Positions 54,357 to 64,000 of a stretch of 64,000 nucleotides of DNA are shown one piece after another. The notes beneath the pieces were generated by a model, which was not told the origin of the DNA, did not search any database, and worked only from the letters and a program-made list of their open reading frames with translations. The DNA comes from Bdellovibrionales bacterium (GTDB lineage Bacteria; Bdellovibrionota; Bdellovibrionia; Bdellovibrionales; UBA1609). A program made the position numbers and the translations under genes. The stretch spans positions 482,142-546,141 of the forward strand of contig OZ244719.1 of assembly GCA_965219095.1 (NCBI GenBank). Reading direction: 5' to 3'. How positions within the stretch are numbered: position 1 is the first letter of the stretch; every line of letters starts with the position of its first letter.

Positions 54357-55771
54357 TATACCAATTACAGAAATTAATTCGACATTTTCATGTTCAAATT
54401 TAAAATTTTAAAATTGACTTAAGGAAAAGTTTCAGTTAGGAGGTTTTAAAAAAACTTCTTTTAAGGTGAGTTTAAGTTTTCATAAGATAAGTTTATTTCA
54501 GGTATATCTATTTGTTGTGTAAATCGATTGATGGGTTAAAATAAGTGTAAAAAAGTGAGGGTAAAATTTAAAATGACAAAAATCAGTTACACAATTTAAT
54601 TTATAGGTTCAAATTAATTTACAAGCTTGATTCATCTTGTTGTTTTGCCCAAGATCGAGTGCATAATTTTTTAATCCTGCCCTCCTGATCGCAAAAAGTA
54701 TTCCAGGCCTCACAACAAGTATTCAGTATATGGTCATAGTTTTTAAAACATGCATTCGATAATTTGATCCTTCGTAATTGTTGCCAGACTTGTTCCATGG
54801 GATTTAATTCTGGACTATAAGGAGGTAAAGGCATCAGGGATAAATTCTTAGGAACTATCAAAGTCTCTGTGGTATGCCAACTGGCTCTGTCCATTAAAAC
54901 AATTCCATGATAGTTTTCTTGAATATTTTTAGATATCTCATCTAAGTGAATTTGCATCATCCCTGAATTACATTCCGGTAAAATCCAAGCACAGCCTTTA
55001 TCTCTATCCGGACAAACTGCTCCAAAAATATAAGTGGATAAAAATTGTCTTTGCCTCACAACTCTAGGCCGTGTGCCTTTTCTTGCCCAAATCCTACTCA
55101 AAGAACCTTGCTGAGCTTATTCTGCATTCATCCTGCCACCAAATCTCTATTTTATTAGTCTGAATCTTTTCCTTTATTTTCTCCACCTCTTCTGGAAAAT
55201 GTTCCTTAAACTGTTCCATAGCTTCTTAATGAACTTTTAGGATGAAGAGAACGACCACTGATCCATACAATATTAAGGCGGTCTAAAGAAACATAAACCC
55301 CAGAAAGAGAATAGCAACAGTCAAATTCATCTGCTAAAAGTTTCTGTATTTCCTTTGCTCCTATGCTTCCTCCCTCTCTTTTGTCTTGAATTTCATCTAA
55401 CTTGATTTTGAAGTTCTCCTCTTCTGTCACTGGCAAACGAGGCTTGCGTCCTCTGCCTTCTCGATCTATCAATCCCTCGTAATCAAAGTCTACAAAAGAC
55501 TGTAACCAAGATTTGATACTGTGACGGTGATACAAAACCATACCTGCTGTTTCTTGAATCGATTTTCCTTCTTGCATATGCTGCAAAGCCAATAATTTTG
55601 TCTTGATGTTGGCACTTCTTTCTACTTTGTAAGTAGCTAGAAAATTATACCCTTGAATCTGTGTAACTAAATCTTTTTTCGACATGACTCTAAAAATTTA
55701 ACAGAGTTTTATCAAAAAGCCAGGATGCAATGCGTTAAAAGAATGTCGAATTAATTTTTGGAAATGGTATA
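54357..55771 (-). mobile_element. IS630 element, frameshifted copy of 31415-32827
   Basis: ORFs 55206-55685 and 54619-55101; same IRs. Confidence 0.9.
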
Positions 55772-55785
55772 AACAAAGGGAGTTC

Positions 55786-56460
55786 ATGTTAAAAATTATT
55801 TTAAATAGAGGCATTTTATTTGTTTTATTCTTTTCTACCTTTTCTATCTCTTGTACACATAGAAGTTTTGTGTGCTGGAATGAAAAGAATACAAAAGCCA
55901 TAGCTTTTGAATTTAGTGATGATTTGAGGTACGTGAAAGTTTCAGATATTCACAGCTATAACATTTTGAACTCAAAAAAGATTCCCTTAAATTCTAATAT
56001 GCCAGGAGGAACTCATAAACTTGAAATAAATCAAAATTCTATTACTTTAAAAGTGATACAAGATACGGTCTTTACAAAAACACAGCTGCCTTCGGGAAAG
56101 TTTATAAAATATCATAGTGAGATTAAATCTCAACATGATTATTTAAATCAAAGACGCTATCATGCTGTTTATCCTGTTGTATGGAAGTATGTTTTTAATA
56201 GAGATTCTTTAAAACTTTCTTTTTCTTTAATTCCACTCCCTAAACCTCGGAAGTCTATCGAACAAAAGTTTATTTACGACGAAAATAAGAAGAATCTTTA
56301 CCCTGAGAAAGTAAGAAATTTAACAGAAAAGGAGAGTGCTTTGATTTTCCCATCACATGAAAAAACGAAAACCTTTATTTATCCTAAATGTAAAGAAGAA
56401 GACGCTCATTCACTTAAAAAATTCCTACGAACCATTAGTAAATATCTGAAATTTGTATAA
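55786..56460 (+). CDS. Hypothetical lipoprotein
   Basis: RBS gggag, hydrophobic leader, SISC lipobox-like. Confidence 0.65.
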   Translation: MLKIILNRGILFVLFFSTFSISCTHRSFVCWNEKNTKAIAFEFSDDLRYVKVSDIHSYNILNSKKIPLNSNMPGGTHKLEINQNSITLKVIQDTVFTKTQLPSGKFIKYHSEIKSQHDYLNQRRYHAVYPVVWKYVFNRDSLKLSFSLIPLPKPRKSIEQKFIYDENKKNLYPEKVRNLTEKESALIFPSHEKTKTFIYPKCKEEDAHSLKKFLRTISKYLKFV

Positions 56461-56967
56461 ATTCTCTTAACATAGCTTTGTTGAATAATTATATCTTAAA
56501 TGGCTTTAATTTGATTTAAGGATTTTTTTCTTTTTAAATCAAATTAAATTGACTTTGAGGTATTTATTCAACAAAATACTCCTATCTGGCTTAAAAGTCG
56601 ATAAGAAAAATAAAAGTATGAGCTTCTGTCTCCAAGATGACAGATCCTTTCTCTAATTCAAAAATTCTTAAAGAGAGATTTTGATGTTTTTTATGCATGT
56701 GAGCACCTCATCCTTCCTGAAATGAACTTTTTTTAAACTTCAAAGAAACTGAACATCCTCGAAAAGCAAATCCATATAAGTCTATAGATTTGTATCAACT
56801 TCAAACTGAATGAAAAAGTTCTAAAAGTTCTATTCCTAACTTCAAATGGCCATCCTGTATTTCTCATAAAGTATAAAAAAGTTAATGACTATAGAAAAAT
56901 TACAATTTAAAAATTTTTAAATTGAATCATGTCATTTAACATTGTATGCTGATTATATATTTCTTTC

Positions 56968-57005
56968 GCCTCCTCAAAAGAATCTGTGAGTTCCCGGGAG
57001 GAGCC
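56968..57005. mobile_element. 38-bp ISL3 mini-element with 8-bp TSD
   Basis: tttctttc|gcctcctcaaaagaatctgtgagttcccgggaggagcc|tttctttc. Confidence 0.85.
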
Positions 57006-57090
57006 TTTCTTTCTAATAAAGGAAAAGCAATTATGCGAAATTGATAAATAGAAGTAAAAATATTAAAAACCAAAACTAAGGAGAACAGTA

Positions 57091-57795
57091 ATGAAAAAAC
57101 AAAAAATTGAAAAAGCTTTTTGCCAAACAGTTCTTTTATTGACCATGGGCTGGTTTCTAGTATCTATAACCGGCTGTAGTAGCTCAGAGGAAACAAAATT
57201 TTCAAGCTTAAACTATGTAAAGATAAAAGAAAGAGTACAATTTAGAGGTGCTGTATTCTACCACCAGGTTGACGAAAATATTTGGCTTGAATCTCATTAT
57301 AAAAAATCTTCCATAAAACACAAGGGTCAAATCTTAAAAAACGGAGAGATTCTGGAAGATTACGAAAAATCACCAGAAGACATATCAATATACGAAAAAG
57401 ATTTTAGAATTCTAAATATTAAAAAATTTTACCTTCACCTTCATCCTGAAAAAAATCAAGTGACTTATGTGGAAAAAGAAAATGAGGAAAATTCTTTCAT
57501 CGTACCAGCTTCTTTTTCTAAAGAAGCTTTCATTATTAAAAATGAAGATCTGCAATCTATTTTCAGGATGAACAAAGATGATATGCAAGAGTATATAATA
57601 AGAGCAAATTACCACACCCTCCTTGAAGTTATCAAAATATTTAATGTATATCCAGATCAAATTGAAGATCAAAGTATGGACATGAAAATGGACATTTCTG
57701 ATATGATTTGCTCTTTAAAGGAAAGAGTGTGTCGAATAGATCAACTAAATAAAAATATCTTATTTAATTTTTCTTGGCACAAACACAGAAATTAA
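57091..57795 (+). CDS. Hypothetical lipoprotein
   Basis: aggag RBS; ITGC lipobox. Confidence 0.7.
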   Translation: MKKQKIEKAFCQTVLLLTMGWFLVSITGCSSSEETKFSSLNYVKIKERVQFRGAVFYHQVDENIWLESHYKKSSIKHKGQILKNGEILEDYEKSPEDISIYEKDFRILNIKKFYLHLHPEKNQVTYVEKENEENSFIVPASFSKEAFIIKNEDLQSIFRMNKDDMQEYIIRANYHTLLEVIKIFNVYPDQIEDQSMDMKMDISDMICSLKERVCRIDQLNKNILFNFSWHKHRN

Positions 57796-57801
57796 GAAGA
57801 A

Positions 57802-57841
57802 AAGCAGGTTTACAAGTTTATAAACTTGTAAACCTGCTTTA
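57802..57841. terminator. Perfect ~40-bp palindrome
   Basis: aaagcaggtttacaagtttataaacttgtaaacctgcttt. Confidence 0.7.
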
Positions 57842-57879
57842 AACTGAACGAAAAAATCTGCAAACTTGTTTAGCTGATC

Positions 57880-58145
57880 CTCCTTTAGACCCAGACTTAG
57901 AACAACGAAATCAAATTATGAAAAAAATTGGAATTATGGAGGAAAAGAAGCTTGGAAAAAAGCTTCAGAATATCATAAGAGAAGTTTAGTAGAGACTCAA
58001 ATGTATAGGTGGAAAAAAATACTTTCACCCACTCTTGTTAAGTCGGAAATTTAAAAATCAAAAGACTGAAATAGAGATTAAAACCATGATCCTTAACACT
58101 CTTACCTCTTTAGGAATTCCGAAAACACAAGCTGTTGTAAGATGA
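57880..58145 (+). pseudogene. IS5 (IS903 group) transposase 3' fragment
   Basis: WKKASEYHKRSLVETQMYRWK. Confidence 0.75.
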
Positions 58146-58725
58146 AAAATCAACAAAAAGGCTAACTTCCCTGAGCCTGTAAATTAAATTGTGTAACTGA
58201 TTTTTTTCATTTTAAATTTTACCCTCAATTTTTCACATCAAACCTCCCCTTATATTCGATAGCAAATCTGTTCATAGCCGGTTTTCAGTCCCTTAAAGGC
58301 TTTGAGGTAAAAGTATTTTTTGTTAGCTTCATTTTGTCTCCTTTTTTTGCAAGATTTTTTAATATTATTGTTCTTTTCTTGCAATTATTTTCCTTAGAAA
58401 AATCTAAAAAAGCGAGGTATTTTAAAGACTTTGGGGTTTTTCACGGACGACTAACTTTACAAAAAATTATGAATTGTGCAACAAAGCCAAGTGAAAACCG
58501 TAAACCCTTATTTTCAAAGAGTTTTTATGGGATCGGAGAAATCTCTTAACCTATGAGGAGGAAGGAAGTGTCTATTTTAACTCTCTGGGCTTTAATAAAA
58601 ATATAATTTTTCAAACCCCTGGGCTTATTATAAACTTATGAAATTATTATATTTTCAAAACAAGGCTTATGAGCGTAGAGTTAAGTAAAAGTTGATTTTT
58701 TTTCTTTTTTTGATACAAAACTTTT

Positions 58726-59418
58726 ATGTCACGAGGAGTACAAAGACAGATTGCGGTTACCAGTGAAGTCTCTCACAATAACCTTTATGCAAAAGAAATC
58801 TTAAAAAACCCTCTTGTTTTTTGTGAAAAACAAGCTCCTCTTCTCAAAGGCTTTTGGAGAAAAAAAGCTTTTAAGAAAAAGAAAGAAAGAATAGCTTTAG
58901 ATTTAGAGATTGGCATAGGAAAGGGAAGTCATTTGGTGCATTATGGAAAGAGCCATAAAGATCGTCTTGTTTTAGGTGTGGAGCTAAGGTTTAAGATTTT
59001 AATTCAAAGTTTAAAGAAGGTTACAAAAGAGGACCATAAGAACATAAGACTTTTTCGTTATAATGCAAGTTTCTTAGATGATGTTTTTGACAAAGAAGAG
59101 TTAGATTGTGTGATGATTTATTTTCCTGATCCTTGGCCTAAGAGAAAGCATTTAAAGCATAGACTTATCCATGATGATTTTTTAACAAAACTTTCTCTTT
59201 TACAGAAAAAAGGAGCAAAAGTTTTCTTTAAAACTGATTCCTTAGATTATTTTGAATGGGTTTTAGAGAGAGTTCAAAGAAGTTCTTACAAAATAGAGAA
59301 TTTAACTTATGATCTCAAAATTTCTAAATATGATTCTAAAAACTTTATTACAGAATTTGAAAGAATTTTTAGGAGTCAAAATATACCTATTAAATATTTC
59401 TGTGCTATACGTACTTAA
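58726..59418 (+). CDS. trmB: tRNA (guanine-N7)-methyltransferase
   Basis: LEIGIGKG, FPDPWPKRKH, KTD, TEFE. Confidence 0.93.
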   Translation: MSRGVQRQIAVTSEVSHNNLYAKEILKNPLVFCEKQAPLLKGFWRKKAFKKKKERIALDLEIGIGKGSHLVHYGKSHKDRLVLGVELRFKILIQSLKKVTKEDHKNIRLFRYNASFLDDVFDKEELDCVMIYFPDPWPKRKHLKHRLIHDDFLTKLSLLQKKGAKVFFKTDSLDYFEWVLERVQRSSYKIENLTYDLKISKYDSKNFITEFERIFRSQNIPIKYFCAIRT

Positions 59419-59829
59419 TGTACTGATCGTGATTCAAAAATCCCTTCTTCTAGCAACCTGTATAAGCCCTCTGGTCTCTTTAAATCATTTAAAGTGTCCT
59501 TCAAAAAAGCCTTAATTACAAGATAAGATTTTCTAAATAGGCTTTTACAAGCCTATTTGGCAAATTGAAGGTATAAAGGTTCATAAATATTAAAATTTAT
59601 GTTTTTACACCTTCCATGTTTTTCTATATAAAAGTAATAATGAGCTTAGGTGATAAAAACCTGCCTTAGTTGTAATATTTAGGATTTATTAATAACTGCT
59701 AATGAGGCTTGTGATGGTGAATTAGAAGTTATTTTAGGCATGAAAGGAGTCTTGACATAGGGGAGATCTTTCGTATAAAAGAATCAGAAGAGAAAAAGGA
59801 AAAAACAAAATAAGAAAGGTAGGGAGATT

Positions 59830-60759
59830 ATGTCTGATAGAATAGAACAAACCATCATTATAGGATCAGGGCCTGCAGGCTATACAGCAGCTATTTATGC
59901 ATCCAGAGCCAATTTAGCTCCTCTTATGTTTGAAGGTGAGGAGTCTGGAGGACAACTTATGACGACGACAGATGTGGAAAATTACCCTGGCTTTCCTAAA
60001 GGGATTATGGGGCCTGAAGTAATGGAGCTTTTTAAACAACAGGCAGAAAGGTTCGGAACCAAGTTAATTATGGCCAATGTTGATAAAGTGGATTTTTCTC
60101 AAAGGCCTTTCGTCTTGGAGTCTCAGAGTAAAATCTATAAATCTCATACAGTTATTATAGCTACAGGGGCAACAGCTAAGTACTTAGGTTTAGAAAGTGA
60201 AAAAACTTTTTTAGGTAAAGGAGTTTCTGCTTGTGCTACTTGTGATGGAGCTTTTTTCAAAAACCAAAAAGTGTGTATTGTAGGTGGAGGAGATACAGCT
60301 ATGGAGGAAGCTTTGTTCTTAATTCGCTTTGCTACTAAAGTCTTGGTCTTACATAGAAGAGATGTTTTTAGAGCTTCCAAAATTATGGCAGACAAAGTTC
60401 TCCAACATGAAAAAATTGAAGTTCTTTGGAACACTGAACTTAAGGAGGTATTAGGAGATGATGTTGTGACCTCTATTGATGTTTATAATAATCAGACTAA
60501 AAAAACTTATAACCTTGCTATAGATGGTGTTTTTATAGCTATAGGACATAAGCCTAATACTGAACTTTTTAAAAGCCAGTTGAAGTTAAATAATGTAGGA
60601 TATATACTAACAGAGGGTAAGAGTACAAAAACTTCGATAGAAGGAGTTTTTGCCTCAGGTGATGTGCAAGATCCCCAGTACCGACAAGCTGTAACAGCAG
60701 CGGGAACAGGTTGTATGGCAGCACTTGATGCTCAAAAGTGGCTTGAGTCGCAAGAATAA
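59830..60759 (+). CDS. trxB: Thioredoxin-disulfide reductase
   Basis: GSGPAG, CATCDG, GGGDTA. Confidence 0.97.
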   Translation: MSDRIEQTIIIGSGPAGYTAAIYASRANLAPLMFEGEESGGQLMTTTDVENYPGFPKGIMGPEVMELFKQQAERFGTKLIMANVDKVDFSQRPFVLESQSKIYKSHTVIIATGATAKYLGLESEKTFLGKGVSACATCDGAFFKNQKVCIVGGGDTAMEEALFLIRFATKVLVLHRRDVFRASKIMADKVLQHEKIEVLWNTELKEVLGDDVVTSIDVYNNQTKKTYNLAIDGVFIAIGHKPNTELFKSQLKLNNVGYILTEGKSTKTSIEGVFASGDVQDPQYRQAVTAAGTGCMAALDAQKWLESQE

Positions 60760-60774
60760 GGACCCTTTATAGTT

Positions 60775-61275
60775 ATGAGTCATAAAAAGAAGATTGATAC
60801 AAAAAGGTTGGTTGATAAGATCGAAAAAATCACGAAAAAACGTATTGCTAAAGAAAAAGTTGTTTCTTTGAGTGATTATCGTAATTTGAAAAAGAAAAAA
60901 AATCAGTTTAACATTCTTGTTGTTGAAGACGATGATGTAATGAGAAAAAGCCTTAAACAAATCTTTGAGCAACAAGGTTACAATGTCTTATGTGCTGCTG
61001 ATGGCACAGAGATTTCAAGCGTTTTAGATGATATAGTTTTGGATTTGATTGTTTTAGATATTGGCCTTCCTTGGATCAATGGTTTGGAGTTAGCACAACT
61101 TATGAAACAAAGTCCTGATTTAAAAGATATCCCTTTGATTTTTATCAGTGGTTATGGAAGTGATGAAGATGTGAAATTAGGTTTTGATGCAGGAGCTGAT
61201 GACTATATTAGAAAACCTTTTGATGTAGATTACATTTGTAAAACAGTACGTACTTTATTAAAATTAAGCAGTTAA
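60775..61275 (+). CDS. Receiver-domain response regulator with basic N-terminal extension
   Basis: VVEDD, LDIGLP..NG, GADDYIRKPF. Confidence 0.9.
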   Translation: MSHKKKIDTKRLVDKIEKITKKRIAKEKVVSLSDYRNLKKKKNQFNILVVEDDDVMRKSLKQIFEQQGYNVLCAADGTEISSVLDDIVLDLIVLDIGLPWINGLELAQLMKQSPDLKDIPLIFISGYGSDEDVKLGFDAGADDYIRKPFDVDYICKTVRTLLKLSS

Positions 61276-61340
61276 AATCTTATAAACTAAAGAACCCGAG
61301 TTTCGACTTTTTTCAGGGCTAAAGGCTAGCTAATATAAAC

Positions 61341-62554
61341 TGTAATAGTCGCAACTTAATCTGACACGTCTCGAAATGTCAAAGAGATGAAAAGAGGTTA
61401 CCCTTTTAAATAAACAATACCACCCCAAAGGGTGGAGAAAGGATAACAAAAATGACATATCAAGAAAGAATTATAAAATCAAAAGTAGGTCTTTTGCAAT
61501 TAGCAGAAGAGTTAGGCAATGTATCTCAAGCTTGTAAGGTGATGGGCTTTTCAAGAGATACATTTTATCGTTACAAGACACTCAAAGAGGAAGGAGGTTT
61601 AGAATCATTAAGAGAGCAAAGTCGTAGAAAGCCTAATTTAAAAAACAGAGTTGATCAAACGACAGAAGAGGCTTGTTTAAGGATCGCTATAGAACTTCCT
61701 GCCTATGGACAGTTGAGAGCGTCCAATGAGTTAAGGAAAAAAGGAATTTTTATTTCTCCTGCAGGAGTTAGAGGGGTCTGGCTGAGAAATAATTTAGAGA
61801 CTTTCAAAAAGCGTTTGAAAGCTTTAGAAAAGAAGTCTGCAGAGGAAGGCTTGGTTTTCACAGAGGAGCAGTTACAAGCCCTAGAGAAGAAGAAACAAGA
61901 GGATTTAGAGTGCGGAGAGGTAGAGACAGCTCATCCTGGTTATTTAGGCTCACAGGACACTTTTTATGTGGGAACTATGAAAGGTGTAGGACGTCTTTAT
62001 CAACAAACCTTTGTGGACACTTACTCAAAAGTTGCTTTCTGTAAGCTCTATAAAACGAAAACACCTATTACAGCAGCTGACCTTCTCAATGATAGAGTGT
62101 TTCCTTTTTTTGAAGACCATGATGTGCCCCTGCTTCGTATGTTAACAGATAGGGGTACAGAGTTCTGTGGAGTTCAAGATCGTCACGATTATGAGCTTTA
62201 TTTGGCTATCAATGATATAGAGCACACAAAAACAAAGGCAAGACATCCTCAAACCAATGGCATCTGTGAAAGATTTCATAGAACAATTTTAGAGGAGTTT
62301 TATCAAGTGGAGTTTAGAAAAAAAGTGTACAAAAGCATAGAAGAGTTGCAGTCTGACCTTGACTTGTGGCTTGTGAAATATAATGAAAGGAGAACTCATC
62401 AGGGAAAAATGTGTTGTGGTCGAACACCTATGGAAACTTTCCTTGACGGAAAACAAAAAGTAAGGCAAAAGATGATTGAACAGAACGAAAACTGACAGAC
62501 AGTTTTTTATCAACCCAGAAAGGGTAACTGTCAGATCATATAACGTCTATTACA
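61341..62554 (+). mobile_element. Intact IS481 element (ORF 61452-62495)
   Basis: TGT...ACA ends, tataaac direct repeat on both flanks, TDRGTEF, PQTNGICERF. Confidence 0.93.
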
Positions 62555-62654
62555 TATAAACAAATACCTCAGACTTTTGTAAGATTTTCTTGAAAAAGCA
62601 ACTTACAAGAAAAAACACCTTGAGAGTTGCAAAAAACATACAAGGAGGTCTAAG

Positions 62655-62797
62655 ATGTTTAATTCTAATTCTAATTATATCATATCAATTTATGTTCTTG
62701 TCGATGATTTTTTAACCCCTCTCATACAGCAGCATCCAGAACTGGTTCCCAAAAATAAAGGAGGTTTTTCTTGTGCTATGTCTCCCAGCGAAATTGT
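62655..62797 (+). pseudogene. IS982-like transposase 5' fragment
   Basis: IYVLVDDF...MSPSEI truncated by the IS66 end. Confidence 0.55.
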
Positions 62798-64000
62798 GTA
62801 AGTCGGTTTTTTAACAGCCCTTGACTTCTACTGAGGAGGATATTTCTTAGATTTTAAAGGAGAAGTTTTTATTGATCTTGTTGTAAAACGGCGTTGTAAG
62901 ACGTTTTCCTAAGGCCTTCCCCCGTTACAAAAGTATTAGAGAAGTTCTTAAAAGAATAATTCTTAGTTTTTTTTCGTAATTTTGATTTTTTTTGTGCTTT
63001 ATTCTTTAAGAACGAAGCTCACTTGTATACTCAAAAGGCGTTTTAATAAGCATCTTATCGAGGGAGTTTCCCACAACCATTAAAATATAGTCCTTAGAAT
63101 CTAATTCCACCTTCTTACAACTTTCCACAATACTGTAAAGTACTGATGCTGTTTCAGCTCCTCTCTGAGTCCTTGACCCATGAAAGTTCTTTCTTCCCAT
63201 CACAGAATGTCGAATCGTTCTTTCTGCTTCATTGTTTGTCATAGGAATTTTCTCATTTTCTAAGAATAAATTTAAGCCATCCCAGTGATTAAAGCTATAG
63301 TCAATAGCCTTTTTTAACCCACTCTCAGGACGAGCTTCTCCATAAAGTTTATAATACAGATCTTGCAGAGAAAGAACTAAATCCTTTGATTCTGTTTGTC
63401 TTAAACTTTTGAGCTCTTCATAAGTTTTTGCCTTTGATTCAACTTTAAAAATCTTCCCCATAAGCTTTAATACTTTTCCACACTCCTCAGGGTAATTCTG
63501 TTCTATGTCAATAAACTTTCTTATCACTGAGACCAACAAAAAGCAAGATCAATTCCCTTTTCACCCTTAAAGTGTGTTTTATAACTAACGTATCCATCTG
63601 TTAAAATAGGCCCCTTATAAGAGCCTAAGAGTTTTTTAATAGAACAGGCTGAACGGCTCTCACTAAAGTAATAAAAACTTCCTCCCTGATGACTTATAAC
63701 AAACATGTAGCCGTCCTTTTGATGTGAATTATTAATAGGCCATGGAGTTTCATCAATATGAATCGTTCTGTCTAGTTTAAGAAGTTCCTCTTTGATCTTT
63801 TCTCTCACAGGCTCTAAATAACAACTCACAAAATAACAAAGATTATAAAGAGTTCTACAATTCACCTTCAAACCATCTGATTCCATCATTCTTCTTACTC
63901 TCTCTAAAGGAAGGTGATACAAGTACTTTTGACTCGCTACTTCTATTGCAAATTTTGGGGAGTACTTAGATCCTGGAACAATTTTCTTAGGAACAGGAGC
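62798..64000 (-). mobile_element. IS66 tnpC region (partial)
   Basis: Near-identical inverted copy of 36218-37406. Confidence 0.9.

Noticed and set aside
1..64000. tRNA/rRNA genes as integration targets
   Set aside because: None recognised by eye; the direct repeats are pilin-coding

Overview
AT-rich, IS-riddled bacterial chromosome segment. It is probably Bdellovibrionota (inference from the pilin motif, a DUF4423/TIGR02147-like gene and gene order). 1-24.6 kb is a tandem array of tyrosine-integrase elements. Each unit is bounded by a ~112-bp near-identical repeat (62 bp perfectly identical) encoding the conserved N-terminal helix of a type IVa pilin (IGILAAVAIPAFDGFRKKAR..EAKTNLGALYTAEKA). 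Each repeat continues into a different, intact but leader-less pilin C-terminal domain with its own terminator, convergent with the integrase. This looks like a family of pilA-targeting integrative elements that deliver alternative pilin heads, a candidate integrase-driven pilin swapping/antigenic variation system. The largest unit also carries defence-like cargo: a multi-Ubl/E2/JAB-E1/DUF6527 ubiquitin-like operon, an unusual four-gene operon and type III R-M debris. 24.6-27 kb is IS and conjugation debris. 27-61 kb holds housekeeping genes (bamB, yfgM-like, Leu/Glu dehydrogenase, yceD, M23 peptidase, glyA, rpiB, fabF, acpP, fabG, fabD, fabH, rpmF, trmB, trxB, a response regulator) interleaved with ISL3, IS1634, IS630, IS66, IS701, IS5, IS982 and IS481 copies, with evidence of an ISL3-mediated ~15.5-kb inversion. 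All family assignments are by eye; no database searches were run.
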